Assembly: GCA_013416795.1 (NCBI GenBank)
Contig: RQSC01000806.1
Span: forward strand, 1-64,000
Direction: 5' to 3'
Source of the DNA: Prasinococcaceae sp. CCMP 1430
Taxonomy: Eukaryota; Plantae; Prasinodermophyta
Length of the DNA: 64,000 nt
Part shown: one piece after another, positions 1 through 11,519 of the stretch
Numbering within the stretch: position 1 is the stretch's first letter
How the letters are laid out: every line of letters begins with the position of its first letter
Translations under genes and position numbers: made by a program
The notes under the pieces: generated by a model
What the model was told of the DNA's origin: nothing
The model's input: the letters and a program-made list of their open reading frames with translations, nothing else
Database searches by the model: none

Positions 1-189
1 ACTGAGCGTCATCCCTCAGATCCGAGATTTGTACCAAACACACACACGCGTGGACCCCACGCGCGTGCGTGTTTACCCCCCCACACCATCACACACACAC
101 ACCATTTACTCCTCCCTCCTCCCTCAACCACCACACACACACAACCAACGTGTACCCCCACACACACATCAAAACGCACGCCTCGGGAC

Positions 190-212
190 GAGTCTCCCGT
201 GGGTGACGATGA
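190..212. repeat. Dispersed motif GAGTCTCCCGTGGGT-N4-ATGA, copy 1
   Basis: Identical 15-mer at 190-204 and 666-680, each followed by 4 nt and ATGA; the core AGTCTCCCGTGG recurs at 25026-25037. Confidence 0.7.
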
Positions 213-665
213 GCTCAATATGAATGAATCGAACCACAGGTGCTTGGTGAGGCCTTCGCCCGCGCGTGCGGCAGACGCGAGCAGGCGCATCATGCGTGGG
301 GGTGCGAGCGACCGAGCGCGCGCGGCGCGGCGGCGCTGATGTGGACGAGTCCCCGCATCACGCAAGGGGGGGGGGCGCAGGCCGCGGCCGGCGGCGCCCC
401 GAGGCGCGCGCGCGCGCGTTTTCGCATGCGTTTCGCACATCATTTCGGCGCTGGAACTTCGCCATTTTTCGCAGCGCGGCGCGCGGCCGGCAAGCGCCAG
501 CACGCAGAGAGGCCCATTGCTCTGCCTCTGCAAGGCGCTCGCTCGCACTCCTTCTTTCTGCTGCGCGGACGCCCTCAGGGAGGAGCGAGCGAGCGCGCAC
601 ATGCATGTGCCTCTGCATAGGCTACGCCAGGCAAGGCAGGTACGCGTACACGCACGTCCCCGATG

Positions 666-688
666 GAGTCTCCCGTGGGTAATAATGA
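666..688. repeat. Dispersed motif GAGTCTCCCGTGGGT-N4-ATGA, copy 2
   Basis: Exact 15-nt match to 190-204 with the same spacing to ATGA. Confidence 0.7.
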
Positions 689-823
689 AATTAAAAACAC
701 GTGTCTCGAGGTCTGAGCTGCGCGAGGGCGACCCGCCTACCCCCGCACCCACTCGACTTTGNCGGCAGCGGCGGTGTGTGCGGCTGCGCGGCGGCCATCG
801 GCAGCGGCGGCGGCATACGGCAG

Positions 824-2766
824 ATGAGGAGGAGGGCGCCGCTGCGGGCGCCGCGGGTCGGCGGGGGGATTGCGGGGGCCAGAGCGCGGGAGGCATCGGC
901 GTCCGCCATGGCCCGCGGCGGCGACGCGCAGGGCTTTGCCGCCGCGCGGACATGGGAGGAGCGCGCGGCGGCAACCGGCGCCTTCGTGGAGCACGCGCCG
1001 CTCGACCGCTCGGGCGAGGCGTATGGCGATGGAGATGCCGCGGGCGGCGACGCGGGCACGGGAGGTGCGCTCGCGGGCCTAAGCTTCGCCGCCAAGGACC
1101 TCTTCGACGTCGCAGGCACGCGCACCGGGTTCGGCAACCCCACGTGGCTGGAGCGCTCCGCCGAGGCCGCGGCCGACGCGCCCGCAGTTGCGGCGCTCAG
1201 GCGCGCTGGCGCGGTGCTCGTGGGCAAGACAGAAATGGATGAGCTCGCGTACTCGCTCAACGGGGAGAACGCGCACTACGGGACGCCGCTCAACCCGGCC
1301 GCTCCGGATCGCATCCCAGGTGCGCTGCTGCCCCCCACCCACCCTCGCACCACACCAATCACACACAGCGCACGCCAGCTGCCGCCGCTCGCCACGCCAA
1401 GGATGCCACACCACTTCACGTTTGCGGCGAGCTGCGGCAGTGTGCCTACGCAACCCAACAATCAGTTTGTATTCTCTGAGGCGCGAGCGCGAGGCGCGCC
1501 CTGCCCCGCGCTCCGCCGCGCTCGGAGCGAATCTGTCTCTGACCGTTGCCCACGTGGCTGCGGCGGCCGCGGCTGCGGCTGCGGCTGCATGCGCGCGCGC
1601 TTGCGGGCAGGTGGGTCGAGCTCCGGCAGCGCCTCCGCCGTGGCTGCGGGCCTCGTGGACTTCTCTCTCGGTTCGGACACCGGTGGGAGCGTGCGCGTCC
1701 CCGCGTCCTTCTGCGGCATCTACGGCCTGCGGCCGACGCACGGGCGGGGGGACCTGGCGGCCGCTGCGCCGCTCGCGCCGTCCTTCGACACGCCGGGCAT
1801 CTTCGCGCGCGACGCGAAGACCCTGCGCGCGGCCTCGCTGGCCATGCTCGGGAGCGAGCCGACAGCGGCGGCAAGGAGCCCCACGAGGTGCGTGCGCGCG
1901 CACGCGCGCGTGGCGTCCCGCCAGAGGGCGCCCTGCCCGCGCCTGCATCCGCAGTGACGATAATCCGATGTGCGTAGGCCCCTGCGACGGATGGCTGTGC
2001 GGCGAAACAAATAGACTACAATTCACCGAGCGGAAGCGCGGCAAGCGAGGCGTGCCACGCCGGCCACCTGCACATGCGACTGGCTGACGTCCGCCTCCGC
2101 GCGCCGCGGCATCCGTGGCTTGCTCTTCTCAGGTGGCTCGTGGCAGCCGACGCGTTCGAGCTCGCCGAGCAGTCGTGCGCCCAGGCTGTTTACGGCAAGC
2201 TCTCGGGCGATGCGTTTCAGAGGGTATGCGAGGCGCTGGGCTCGGAGCCCGCGGAGGTCAGTGTAGCCGAGGGCGCAGGCGCGGGCGACCTGCTGGACGG
2301 ATGGAGGGACACGTTTCGCCTCCTGCAGGCTAGCGAGATCTGGGGCATGCACGCCGACTTCGTCGAAGGGTGCAAGCCAGACTTCGGCCCGGGCATCAAG
2401 GAGCGCTTCGAGATGGCGAAGGGCGTGCACGGAAACCAGCCTCCAGTCGAGGAGGCCGCGAAGCGTCGCGAGGCCATCACAGAGCACATGGATGCAATGC
2501 TTGCTGGCGGTGCGATCCTCGCAATGCCCACAGCCCCTGGCGCTGCCCCGACCAAGGCGCTGCCCACTGCTGAACTCGAGGTGTACCGGGCGCGCATGCT
2601 GGCGCTCACGGCCATTGCCGGGCTCGCGAGGCTGCCGCAAGTGAGCGTGCCCATCGCCGTCACTGAGGACGGCCCCGTCGGGCTCTCGTTGGTGGCCGCT
2701 CGCGGTGAGGACGAGATGCTGCTGGCAGCAACGGAGATGCTCGCTGCAGTTGTCGGAATGCAATAA
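824..2766 (+). CDS. Amidase-signature family enzyme (AMI1/TOC64-amidase-like), 3 exons
   Basis: Exons about 824 (or 908)-1319, 1611-1887, 2133-2766 with GT-AG introns. Splicing rebuilds RIPG|GSSSGSA. Catalytic motifs [20 protein letters not shown] and [16 protein letters not shown] are present. Start uncertain (single N at 762). Confidence 0.9.
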
Positions 2767-2851
2767 CGCTGGGTGGACTCGATACATACACGATGTTGGG
2801 CCTGTTGTGTACTCAAAAGCAAACTTGTGATTTACTTATCCTGTCATATTA

Positions 2852-5800
2852 TTACTCGACGCTCACGCTCACGACGGCCGCCGTCTCGTGCTCATCGGGG
2901 GCGGCGCGCATGCCATACTCCCCGATAGCACGGATCGCGACGCTCGCGCGCGAACCCGTCGGTGGCGGGCTGTCCGGGTGCACCGAAAACTTGAGCACTA
3001 GCACCGCCCCTGGCGCAAGGGCACCGGCGCCTGGCTCGACGGTGAGCCAAGATGGCATCGATTGCAGCGGTGCCCCCTGATCCGCGCCCTGGACGCGGAA
3101 GAGGAGACCCTGCTTGCTCATGTTGGCAATTCGCAGCGTGGTGTCGCCGCCCATCATCCTCACTGCCACCTTGTCCGCCTCGGCCCTGATCATTGCCCCC
3201 TTGCCGCTGCCAGGCTGGCCCAGGCCGCCCACGTTCAGGACGGCGGCGCACGCCCCGTACGCCTTGATCGCACACGCGCGGCCGAGGCGCGCCTCTGCCA
3301 CCGCCATACGCACTGCGAGCTCTGCACGCACAGGTCTGTGGTCGCTGCCAAAGGCGTCCATCTCCGCTTCGTAGCGTACCACGTCAACGGTGGTGCAGGC
3401 ACCGGGGTTGCGCGTCGCCCTATGATCGAAGACGAGCACGCGGTCTGTCCAGGCAGGGATTCGGCACTTCTCGGAGGTGTCGTACGACTGCGAGCCGTAG
3501 CCCTTATCGAATTTGTACGTCGGCGGAAACTCGATCTGTGCTTCGCGCATGCGGCGGAACGCACGCCCAGCAGCCTGCTCCCTCATCAACTGGTCGTGGC
3601 CCCGCAGCACGCCGAGGTCCCCGCGCTGGATGGCAGGGCGCACTTCCTCGTTGGGGAGGTCAATGCGGTAGTTGAAGTCCCCATACCACACGATAACATC
3701 TGCAGCGTCTGCAAATCTGCTGCTCTGCTGCAGGGCCATTGCGCCGACGGACTCCGACCGGCTCACAGGAGCGTTAGCGTCGCTCTCTAGGCCCTCATCA
3801 TCGCGCCCTGACTCCCCAGAGGAATCCTCGATGGACGACGAGGAATCGGCGGACTCGAAGGTACGGCTGGACGCAGCAGATGCCACCGCCGCAAAATTCA
3901 TGCTACTTTTGAAGAAGTCGCTCGTGAAGTCCAGGTTCGAAGCGATGCGCGCATAGTTGGCGTTGCGGTCGGCAACGTTCTTTTGATGGGCGGCAAAGTG
4001 GCTCGAAATAAACGCGAGGCTCTGTCGGTGCAGCGTAAAACGGACCGCAGCGGCGCCCTTGTTGCCCAGCGTGTTGCCGAGAGCGCCGCATGCCACAGTG
4101 CAGGTCTGGGCATCGCCGACCACCTCGCGCAGACGCCTGCGCGCCCACACGCCACACGCTATTCCCGCCATCTGACGAAAGCTGACAAGCTCAAAAGACT
4201 CACTGAGGGGCACGCCTCGTGTGGCTTCCTGCACAGCGAGCGTCATGTTGTCACACCACCATTGCGCGTCCTTGCTGAGCTTGGAGTTGCCCACCGCATT
4301 TTTGGCAGCGGCGGATACCAAGGAACCGCCCCCCATCTCGATTTCCTGGAAGCCAACCGCCACTACGTCGAAGTCGAGCGTGAGCTGAGCAGCCGTTGCA
4401 TTGCCTGTGCTGTTGCCCTTGCCACAGAGCCAGCGGGCGATGTCGTCCGCCTTGGCCTGCTTCTCGTTGACGTTCCACGTCCCGGCGAAGATGCGATAGG
4501 TTTTCTCCTGCGACACCGCAGCGAGCTCACCTGCGTACGTATCGCGCGCAGTGGCATCGCCCGGCGAGGGCGAGCGCGCATTCCACACGCGCACGGCGCC
4601 ATCGGCCGCCATGGATACGACCGTTGGCCCATCGGATGCCAGCGATATCACGGGCGAGTCGTGCGCGAGCCATTTCCCGATGGGCTTCCCCCGCTGCGAG
4701 CCTACGGCGCCAAGCACGTGAATGTACCCGTCCGCTGTGCCGGCCCACAGACGCGCTCCTCCGACTGCAGTGATGGCCCGCACCGGGACCTTGGTGTTCG
4801 CCAGCCGCGTCTCAATTAAGACCTTGCCGCTCCGGCCCCAGTGGGTAACGACTCCGGTGGCGTACCCAGCCCACGCGCCACCATCGACTGGGGCCACACA
4901 AAGGCAGTGGAGCTGCCCCCGCCCCCGCGTGACGTAGTCACTCGTCCCACCAGGCCCGCTGGCATAGTCTGCTGCTGAGCTGACCACCTTGGTAACGCCA
5001 GCGCTCGCCTTATTTGCTGCCACACGCGCGAGCTTGCCCATGCTACGAAACGCGCTACCGATGCCTTTCGCTTTCGACCGGGCGCCTGCAGAGCCCTCGA
5101 GCGCAGCCATCTTGGCGTCATCGGCGTCAACGGTTGCACCCTCCAGCACATTGCCGGCCTCGTCAAGGAAGTCGTATCCAACACGCCGGATGAGCCTGCC
5201 CGAGCGCGCGTCCCACAGCCCGAGGTTCGCGTTCCCACCAGACCACACCACATCACCGGCTTGGGCGACGAAGCGCACGCGACTGTGCAAGTTGCCACTC
5301 GCACTCGCAGCCACGGAAATCGGCACACGGAGGTCCGCACCGAAGGACCCATCCGTCTCCATGGGCTCGGAGTGCGGGCTGAAACTTCCCCACTGAGACT
5401 GCGTGGCTACCTTCACATCAGGGGGCACTTCCTTGCCAAATTGCCACATGCGCATGCCCCCAGATGTCGAACCAGTCCAGAGCGTGCCGTCATTGGTCAG
5501 CGTCATCGAGACGACCGCGCTACGATGTGCGCGCCACCTGAGCGTGCATATGCCGGCTATCCCAGCTTCGCTGGCGCCCCCCCCCGGCTTCCACGCTCGA
5601 ATCGTGCCATCGGCGTGGCCGCTCCACAGAGTCCCGCCGAGTACATGCATGCAAGTCGCCGCCGGACAGTTCACGTCGGGGGCTTTAAATGTTCGGTACG
5701 GCTCTGTGTCCTTTTCTCCCTTCGGCACCGGCATGGTCCATGGGGCGCCGGTGCTCGTCCAGTTCTCACCGAGGCGCCACAGCCGCGGCAGGCCACTGCC

Positions 5801-6469
5801 ACCCGCCGCCAGGACAGTCAGCCCTGCAGCCGCCACAACGAGTAACCGCTCAGCCTCGGCTTGGCGCAGCGGCGCCGGCCTCAAATCTAGAGGCAACGGG
5901 CCGCTGTCGCCTCCACCCGACCGCGATCCGATGCTACGCGTTGATTCGGCGCGGCCGAGGTCGACCTCCTCGTGCGGCGGGCATGCGTTCGGCAGAGGCG
6001 TCGTCTCCGCCGGCGGCGTCTCAGCCGGCGGTTCCGACATGCACAGGTTCTCAAGCTGTTTCAGAGCGCTGTCAGGCCTCTGAGTGTCGGGCGAGGCACC
6101 CGTTGCCGGCGCCGGCGCCGGCGGCGCAGGGCGCGCTGGCTTGGGCGCAGCGGAATCACCAAACGCGACCCACCCCTCTTGGTGCCCCTGCTGCTGCGAC
6201 GGCCGCGTCTGCTCCGCCCTCTGCTGTTGCGCCGCCTGCCCCACTCCGGAGTCGATGGCGGCCGCCACGGCGGGCACGGCTCTCTCGAATCGAACAGTGC
6301 TGGGGTCGATGCTCTTGAGCCGCGCCTTCTTCTCGTCCGTGCTGAGAGACGCGTCCTCACACACCCCGCGCACGGCCGCGAGCGCTGCCTGGTTGAAGCA
6401 ACGCGCGCGCAGCATTGGCACGCCGAAATACGAGCTGATGTCGACGTCGACGAACCTTCGCTCCGCCAT
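2852..6469 (-). CDS. WD40-repeat inositol polyphosphate 5-phosphatase (plant 5PTase12/13/FRA3-like)
   Basis: Single exon. WD40-like repeats (LWSGHADGTIRAW, LWTGSTSGGMRMW) are followed by the 5-phosphatase motifs GTWNVN, VGFQEI, GNKG, HFAAH, WYGDFNYRI and PAWTDRV, plus SDHRPV. Likely start MAERRF at 6469. Confidence 0.92.
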   Translation of the reverse strand: MAERRFVDVDISSYFGVPMLRARCFNQAALAAVRGVCEDASLSTDEKKARLKSIDPSTVRFERAVPAVAAAIDSGVGQAAQQQRAEQTRPSQQQGHQEGWVAFGDSAAPKPARPAPPAPAPATGASPDTQRPDSALKQLENLCMSEPPAETPPAETTPLPNACPPHEEVDLGRAESTRSIGSRSGGGDSGPLPLDLRPAPLRQAEAERLLVVAAAGLTVLAAGGSGLPRLWRLGENWTSTGAPWTMPVPKGEKDTEPYRTFKAPDVNCPAATCMHVLGGTLWSGHADGTIRAWKPGGGASEAGIAGICTLRWRAHRSAVVSMTLTNDGTLWTGSTSGGMRMWQFGKEVPPDVKVATQSQWGSFSPHSEPMETDGSFGADLRVPISVAASASGNLHSRVRFVAQAGDVVWSGGNANLGLWDARSGRLIRRVGYDFLDEAGNVLEGATVDADDAKMAALEGSAGARSKAKGIGSAFRSMGKLARVAANKASAGVTKVVSSAADYASGPGGTSDYVTRGRGQLHCLCVAPVDGGAWAGYATGVVTHWGRSGKVLIETRLANTKVPVRAITAVGGARLWAGTADGYIHVLGAVGSQRGKPIGKWLAHDSPVISLASDGPTVVSMAADGAVRVWNARSPSPGDATARDTYAGELAAVSQEKTYRIFAGTWNVNEKQAKADDIARWLCGKGNSTGNATAAQLTLDFDVVAVGFQEIEMGGGSLVSAAAKNAVGNSKLSKDAQWWCDNMTLAVQEATRGVPLSESFELVSFRQMAGIACGVWARRRLREVVGDAQTCTVACGALGNTLGNKGAAAVRFTLHRQSLAFISSHFAAHQKNVADRNANYARIASNLDFTSDFFKSSMNFAAVASAASSRTFESADSSSSIEDSSGESGRDDEGLESDANAPVSRSESVGAMALQQSSRFADAADVIVWYGDFNYRIDLPNEEVRPAIQRGDLGVLRGHDQLMREQAAGRAFRRMREAQIEFPPTYKFDKGYGSQSYDTSEKCRIPAWTDRVLVFDHRATRNPGACTTVDVVRYEAEMDAFGSDHRPVRAELAVRMAVAEARLGRACAIKAYGACAAVLNVGGLGQPGSGKGAMIRAEADKVAVRMMGGDTTLRIANMSKQGLLFRVQGADQGAPLQSMPSWLTVEPGAGALAPGAVLVLKFSVHPDSPPPTGSRASVAIRAIGEYGMRAAPDEHETAAVVSVSVE

Positions 6470-7205
6470 GGCTGCACCACCAAGGTCCGACTGGACCGCC
6501 CCCGCCGTTCGATCCTTTCCCCCCCCCCGGCCTGGCTGCGTCCCAGGAGACGAAAAAGCTGTCTGCGGCCCGGGCGCCGCGCGCACCCCCTGCGCGCGCA
6601 CAGCCCTGCGCAGCGCCCCGCAGGCGCGCACCCCCCGCTTCCTCCCCGCCGCCCCCGCAGATATGCGCGGCGCCGCCCGCCGGCAGCAACACCTCGCTCC
6701 GCCCCGCTGGCGGACGGCCCCGCCATCAAAGCGCCTCCGCTGGAACGCAAAATCAGGGTCCACAGAAAGCGCATCAACGCATGCGATTTAATGTCATCTC
6801 CGGTCGCGAGCGCGCGATCCATCCTCCGGGACTTCGAGTATACCTCAAATGCGCGTCGGTCGGAGCGCGCGCGGGGCGGTGGGGGGGGTCTTCGCCGGTG
6901 TCGCCAATTTCCGGATTTGGATTTGGATTTGGCGCACGGCGGGTTTGTTTGGCGCTTTGTTCCTCTTATGAGCTCGCGCGGGCGTCGTTCGCGTGCGTTT
7001 GCGGGTCGGCGCGCCCATACAGTATTCCGATGCGTACGCGCTCTGATGCGGCGGCGGCGGCGCGCGCGCGCGTGGGCCGCGAATTGGCCGATTGATTGGG
7101 CGATTGCAATTGCGGATATGTGGCCCGCGGCCGCCGGGCCGCGCGTGGCGCGACGGCGCGCGGCCGCGCGGAGCAAGTGTGCGCTCGGACGAGCAGCCGG
7201 TAGCA

Positions 7206-7886
7206 ATGATGGCGACGTCGGCCGTGCAGGCTCGCGCCGGTGCCGGCGCCGCGCCGCGCCGCGCCACGCCTCGCGCGCTCTTCGGCAAGAAGAAGGCGCC
7301 GCCGCCGCCTCCGCCGCCCGTGAAGAAGGGCCTCTTCGGCTTCGGCAAGACGGAGGCGCCTGCGCCTCCCAAGGAGAGCCGCGTCGAAATGGAGGCCGAC
7401 TGGCTCGGCCTGGGCGGCTTCTCCGTCGACGCGTTCATCGGCGGCGGCAAGAAGGCCGAGGAGGCGGACAAGCGGTTCGCGAGGGGGCAGGTGCAGAAGA
7501 AGGACAAGGAGGTGCGCATCGAGTACAAGAACCGTGACGGCGACCGCTTCATCCTCATCAACCCCACGGAGAGGCAGCTCAACAGGAAGGACCGCTTCGG
7601 CTTCACGGTGAACGAATACCTCGCGCTTGGCAGCGCGTCTGGCAAGGCCAAGGGTGCGAAGCTGAACGACGCGCAGTCGCTCGCGCTCAAGAAGAAGATC
7701 GGCGGCACCGCGCGCGACTTCTTCAAGTCCAACATCCAGGCGGAGGGCCGGTACGTGGAGGGCGGCTGGACCGACGCCAAGGGAGACGAGTTGGTCGGCT
7801 CTAACACGTCACTGATTTCCGCCGTGGGCGGGCTGGCTGCGCTCGCCGGCGTGGCGGCGACGCTCTACGCGGTGAGCTCCCTGTAG
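7206..7886 (+). CDS. Putative chloroplast-targeted single-pass membrane protein, function unknown
   Basis: Transit-peptide-like N-terminus (MMATSAVQARAGAGAAPRRATPRALFG), strongly C/G-ending codons and a C-terminal hydrophobic helix (LISAVGGLAALAGVAATLYAV). Confidence 0.75.
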   Translation: MMATSAVQARAGAGAAPRRATPRALFGKKKAPPPPPPPVKKGLFGFGKTEAPAPPKESRVEMEADWLGLGGFSVDAFIGGGKKAEEADKRFARGQVQKKDKEVRIEYKNRDGDRFILINPTERQLNRKDRFGFTVNEYLALGSASGKAKGAKLNDAQSLALKKKIGGTARDFFKSNIQAEGRYVEGGWTDAKGDELVGSNTSLISAVGGLAALAGVAATLYAVSSL

Positions 7887-7947
7887 CCCCCGGCCCGTCG
7901 GCGCGGCGCGACAATAATATATTAGAATCAAGTTACACAGCGCCGTG

Positions 7948-9628
7948 TCACTTGAGCCGTCCAAGGGACTTGAGCCAAATCTCGTACACCTTCATGGGTC
8001 CGGAGGACAGGCCAGCCTGCTCGATATCACCTACGCTCAACCACTTGCGTCGATCGCCCGTTGCACCTGCGCCGCTGTCGCCCTTGACGTCCACCGCGTG
8101 GATGACGTAGTGGTGCTGCACGTGCGAGAATGTGTGCGAAACCACGCCAATGTGCTGTAGAGCAATGTCCGCTTTGAGGCCCAGCGAGCTCGCGTGTGCC
8201 CGCAGCGCCTTGGTGTGGCTCGCGCTGAGCTTCGCCCCACTTGCGGCGCTCACGCCGTCGCCCGCGGCCAACACAACAGACGGGAACTCCCACAGCCCTG
8301 CAAGCAGACCGCCGTCCCTCCGCTTGGAAAGCAGCAGCCTACAATCGCTGCCAGCCTTCTTGGCGCCGCAGGAGGCACTCCGCACGACCAAGACGCCAAC
8401 CAGCTCCTGCCGCTTGGCTTTTTTGGCAACTCTGCAGACACGCGCGTAGCAGCGGTTGCCAGTTCGAGAGACAGAGCGCCGCGCCGTGCCAGGTGACCCA
8501 GTAGGGTGTCAGCAGACGCGAAAATGAGCAATCGATGCACTTGCGCGGGGGCTCACAGGCATCGTGCAACAAATAGCGCCCCTACGCGACCTCTCGGCGC
8601 GGCGGACGCACTTGGCGGGAAAGTCGGTGACCTGCACAGACCCGCCGCTCTCCCTTGCTGTCTTGGCAGCAGCGCAGTGCGCGACGATTGGGCAGGTGCC
8701 GCACTGCGCGCGACCAGCCTGACATACGGTCGCGCCAAGCTCCATTATGGCCTGGTTGAGGTCGCCCGGCCGGTGCTCAGCGACAAGCTCCTGTGCGAGC
8801 GCCCAGTGTTCCTTCTCAGCGCCGCTCTTGCCGCGCCCCTTGTGCGCAGCGAGCCTTGTGTGCGCGTGTTCGCACCACGCGCGCGCAGCCCGGTCAGTGC
8901 ATGCCGTCGTAACAGCGCTTGCGCATTGGCTCGCGCCGAGTGGCGCGAAAGGACACACCTGCTAACGACGCGCACAACGTTCGCATCGACCGCGGGCACG
9001 GCCTGGCCGAATGCGATGCTCGCGATGGCGCCAGCTGTATACTCGCCGATGCCCGGGATAGCGCGAAGCTCCGCCGCAGTACGCGGGAGTCTGCCTTGCA
9101 GGTCGCTCGCGACATGGCGCGCACCATTGTGCAGGAACCTGGACCTGCGGTAATAGCCCAGCCCAGCCCATGCTTTCTGCACGTCGTCCTCACTTGCGTC
9201 CGCGAGGGCGGAGACAGTCGGCCACCGCGCCATCCAGCGTGTGTAGTACTCCTTTACGCGCTCAACCTGTGTCTGCTGCAGCATCACCTCGCTCACCCAC
9301 ACCGCATACGCGCGTTCGTCCGCCGCGGGGGTGCTGGCGGCAACCCTCGCCAGCTCTGCCTGCGTTTCGCTCGGTGGCGCGCGCCAAGGCAGCGTGCGAT
9401 GGTTGGCGTCGTACCATCGGAGCAGGTCCTCGCGCGCTCGCGCCGCGCGCTCGCCGAGCGCTGGCGCCTCCCCACCCGCGGGGCCGCCGCCAGCGGACAG
9501 GTCCGCGCCGGTGCGGCTCGCTTCGCGGGGGCGCGTGCGGCGCTCCCGCCCCCGGCGGCTCCGCTGCGCCTGGGGACGCCCATGATCCCTCGCGCGCCGC
9601 CGGGCGGCGGCAGAGCGAGGCGCAGCAT
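7948..9628 (-). CDS. MUTYH: A/G-specific adenine DNA glycosylase (MutY homolog)
   Basis: Exons about 9628-8959, 8854-8612, 8431-7948. Motifs: [35 protein letters not shown], Hh[23 protein letters not shown], Fe-S motif [17 protein letters not shown] and Nudix-like [10 protein letters not shown]. The upstream ATGs are out of frame with the catalytic ORF, so the 5' end is uncertain. Confidence 0.92.
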
Positions 9629-9957
9629 GCGCACGCTGTGGCGGGAGCCCCCGCCGCTGACGAATCGAAAAAATCTGCGGCGTTCCTGCGGGACAAATTC
9701 CGACGTCGCCGGCGTCAGCGAAAATGTATCAGGAAACATGGCGTAACGTCCGGGCCGGCGATGTCGGTGACGAGGTCTCCCGAAGGGTGGGTGCGCTGTG
9801 CCCCGCCGGTCCAGAGCGGAGCACAGCGCCCGCGCCAGACGCCAGACGCCAGAGCTAGAGCGAGGGCGCAAGCGGGGCCGCTCGACGTGAGGCGATGTGT
9901 CGGATGCGGCAGGTATTATTACAGTACAGTAGCACAAATGCACGCGGCGCCCTCTCA

Positions 9958-11519
9958 CTAGTCGGCAGGTAGGTGGAGGCGCTTGTAGGGGCACCTGCAG
10001 CACGGGCATCTGACGCCCTCCGCGCTGGCTGCGCCAAACTCTTCAAAGGCCAGCAGGCAGTCGGCGTGGAAAATGTGCGTGCAGCTAAGCCAGGCGATGC
10101 CGCCGCGTCCTTTGCCCGGAACGGATGTGCCGTCCCCAGCGCCCGCACTTCCCTCCGCCCCGCCATCGCCGGTACGCCGCGTGAGGGCCTGCAGGCAGAT
10201 CGGGCACTCTCCCTCAGCACCGCCCCGTTCGAGGCTGGTCGCGATGACAGCATCCCAATTCACTCCGTTTGCATCCATGGGATCAGCAGACATCGCCTCG
10301 CGCGCCTCAGCGCTTAGCTCCTCCCTCGCCGCTGCCTCGATGCTCAAACCATCCGCGAGCGAGCGCTCTTCGCGCACGAGCTCGGCCAAGCGTTGATCCT
10401 CCGCCCCCTCGCGCTGCGACTCGCGCGCTCGCGCCGGCAGCAATTCTTGGCCGTCACAGCCAGCGTCTAAGGTGGCTGAGTCCGCCCGCCGCGAGCGCGA
10501 GCCAGCTAAGAACTTGTCGAGACCCTCGGCCATCGCCGCCCTCTGCTCAAGCCTCTGGTTCAGACGTCTGTCAATCGCGGACGTATCAAGCTCGCCCATG
10601 GTGCGCCGCGAGCGTCGCAGAGACGCATCGAGCTGACGCATGAGGTCATCGACGTCATTGATGCTCTCATCTACTGCGTCTGCAAGCTTCGTTGCCGCGC
10701 GCGTCACCTTGTCCGCGGCCCACGCTCGTTTCCGCCTGGGGTCGAGCGGAGCAGTCACTTCTCGCAGAGCTGCAGCGCGCCTGCGCGCCAGGAAACCGCG
10801 CGCCACAGCCTGCGCTCGCACGACGCACCTGCAGGAGACATGCGCACATGTCAGATGGAGCTAAGATAGGAACGAAAACGCTGGCGCGAGCGGGCGCTCT
10901 GCCATCCGCCGTTGTCTGTTTTCGCGCATGACACTGCAATGCGTGCGCGCATCTTCTGTCTACGAACGCACTTGCTGTAGTGTTCTGCCTGGCTGTCGTC
11001 GATTGCCAGCTTGTGATAGTGCACAACACGGCACATCGGACAGCATCGTTGTCCGGAGAAGCGCTCGTAGCTCGCGAGGCAAGTGCGGTGGAAGACATGT
11101 GAGCAGCTGAGCAGCACCTGACGTTGCGCATCTGTGCCGAAGTCGCCCCTGCAAATGGGGCACTGCGCCAGCGTGTCGCCACGTCCGCGCGACGCCATGT
11201 GCACGCACTGCCACTCCGCAGCCGTCAGACGTGGCGGTGGGGCTGCCACGAGGCCAATCCTCTGTGCCAGCGTGAGCTCAGGAGGTGGCGGGGACTCGGG
11301 GCGCTCTAGTCGTTGGCGCTCACGCACGCCGGCAGTGCTGCCTCCGGCCGTGGCTGCTGGCTTGCGCCTGCGCGGTGGCAGCGGGCCGCGCATGCGCCGC
11401 ACGAGCTCGTCCTGCATCGCCGCTGCAGCGAGCGCCGCGGATGCACCGCCCACGCCAGCGCCAACACCAGCGTCGCGCCTGCCGCGTGCCGCCCGACTCG
11501 CCATCTGCTGGTGATGCAT
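9958..11519 (-). CDS. RNF32: RING finger protein 32-like (two RING-H2 domains flanking an IQ-like motif)
   Basis: Exons 11519-10972 and 10828-9958. RING1 CPICRGDF..LSCSHVFHRTC..CPMCR; the splice junction forms the IQ-like VVRAQAVARGFLARR; RING2 CPICLQ..LSCTHIFHADC..CPCCR. Confidence 0.82.
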
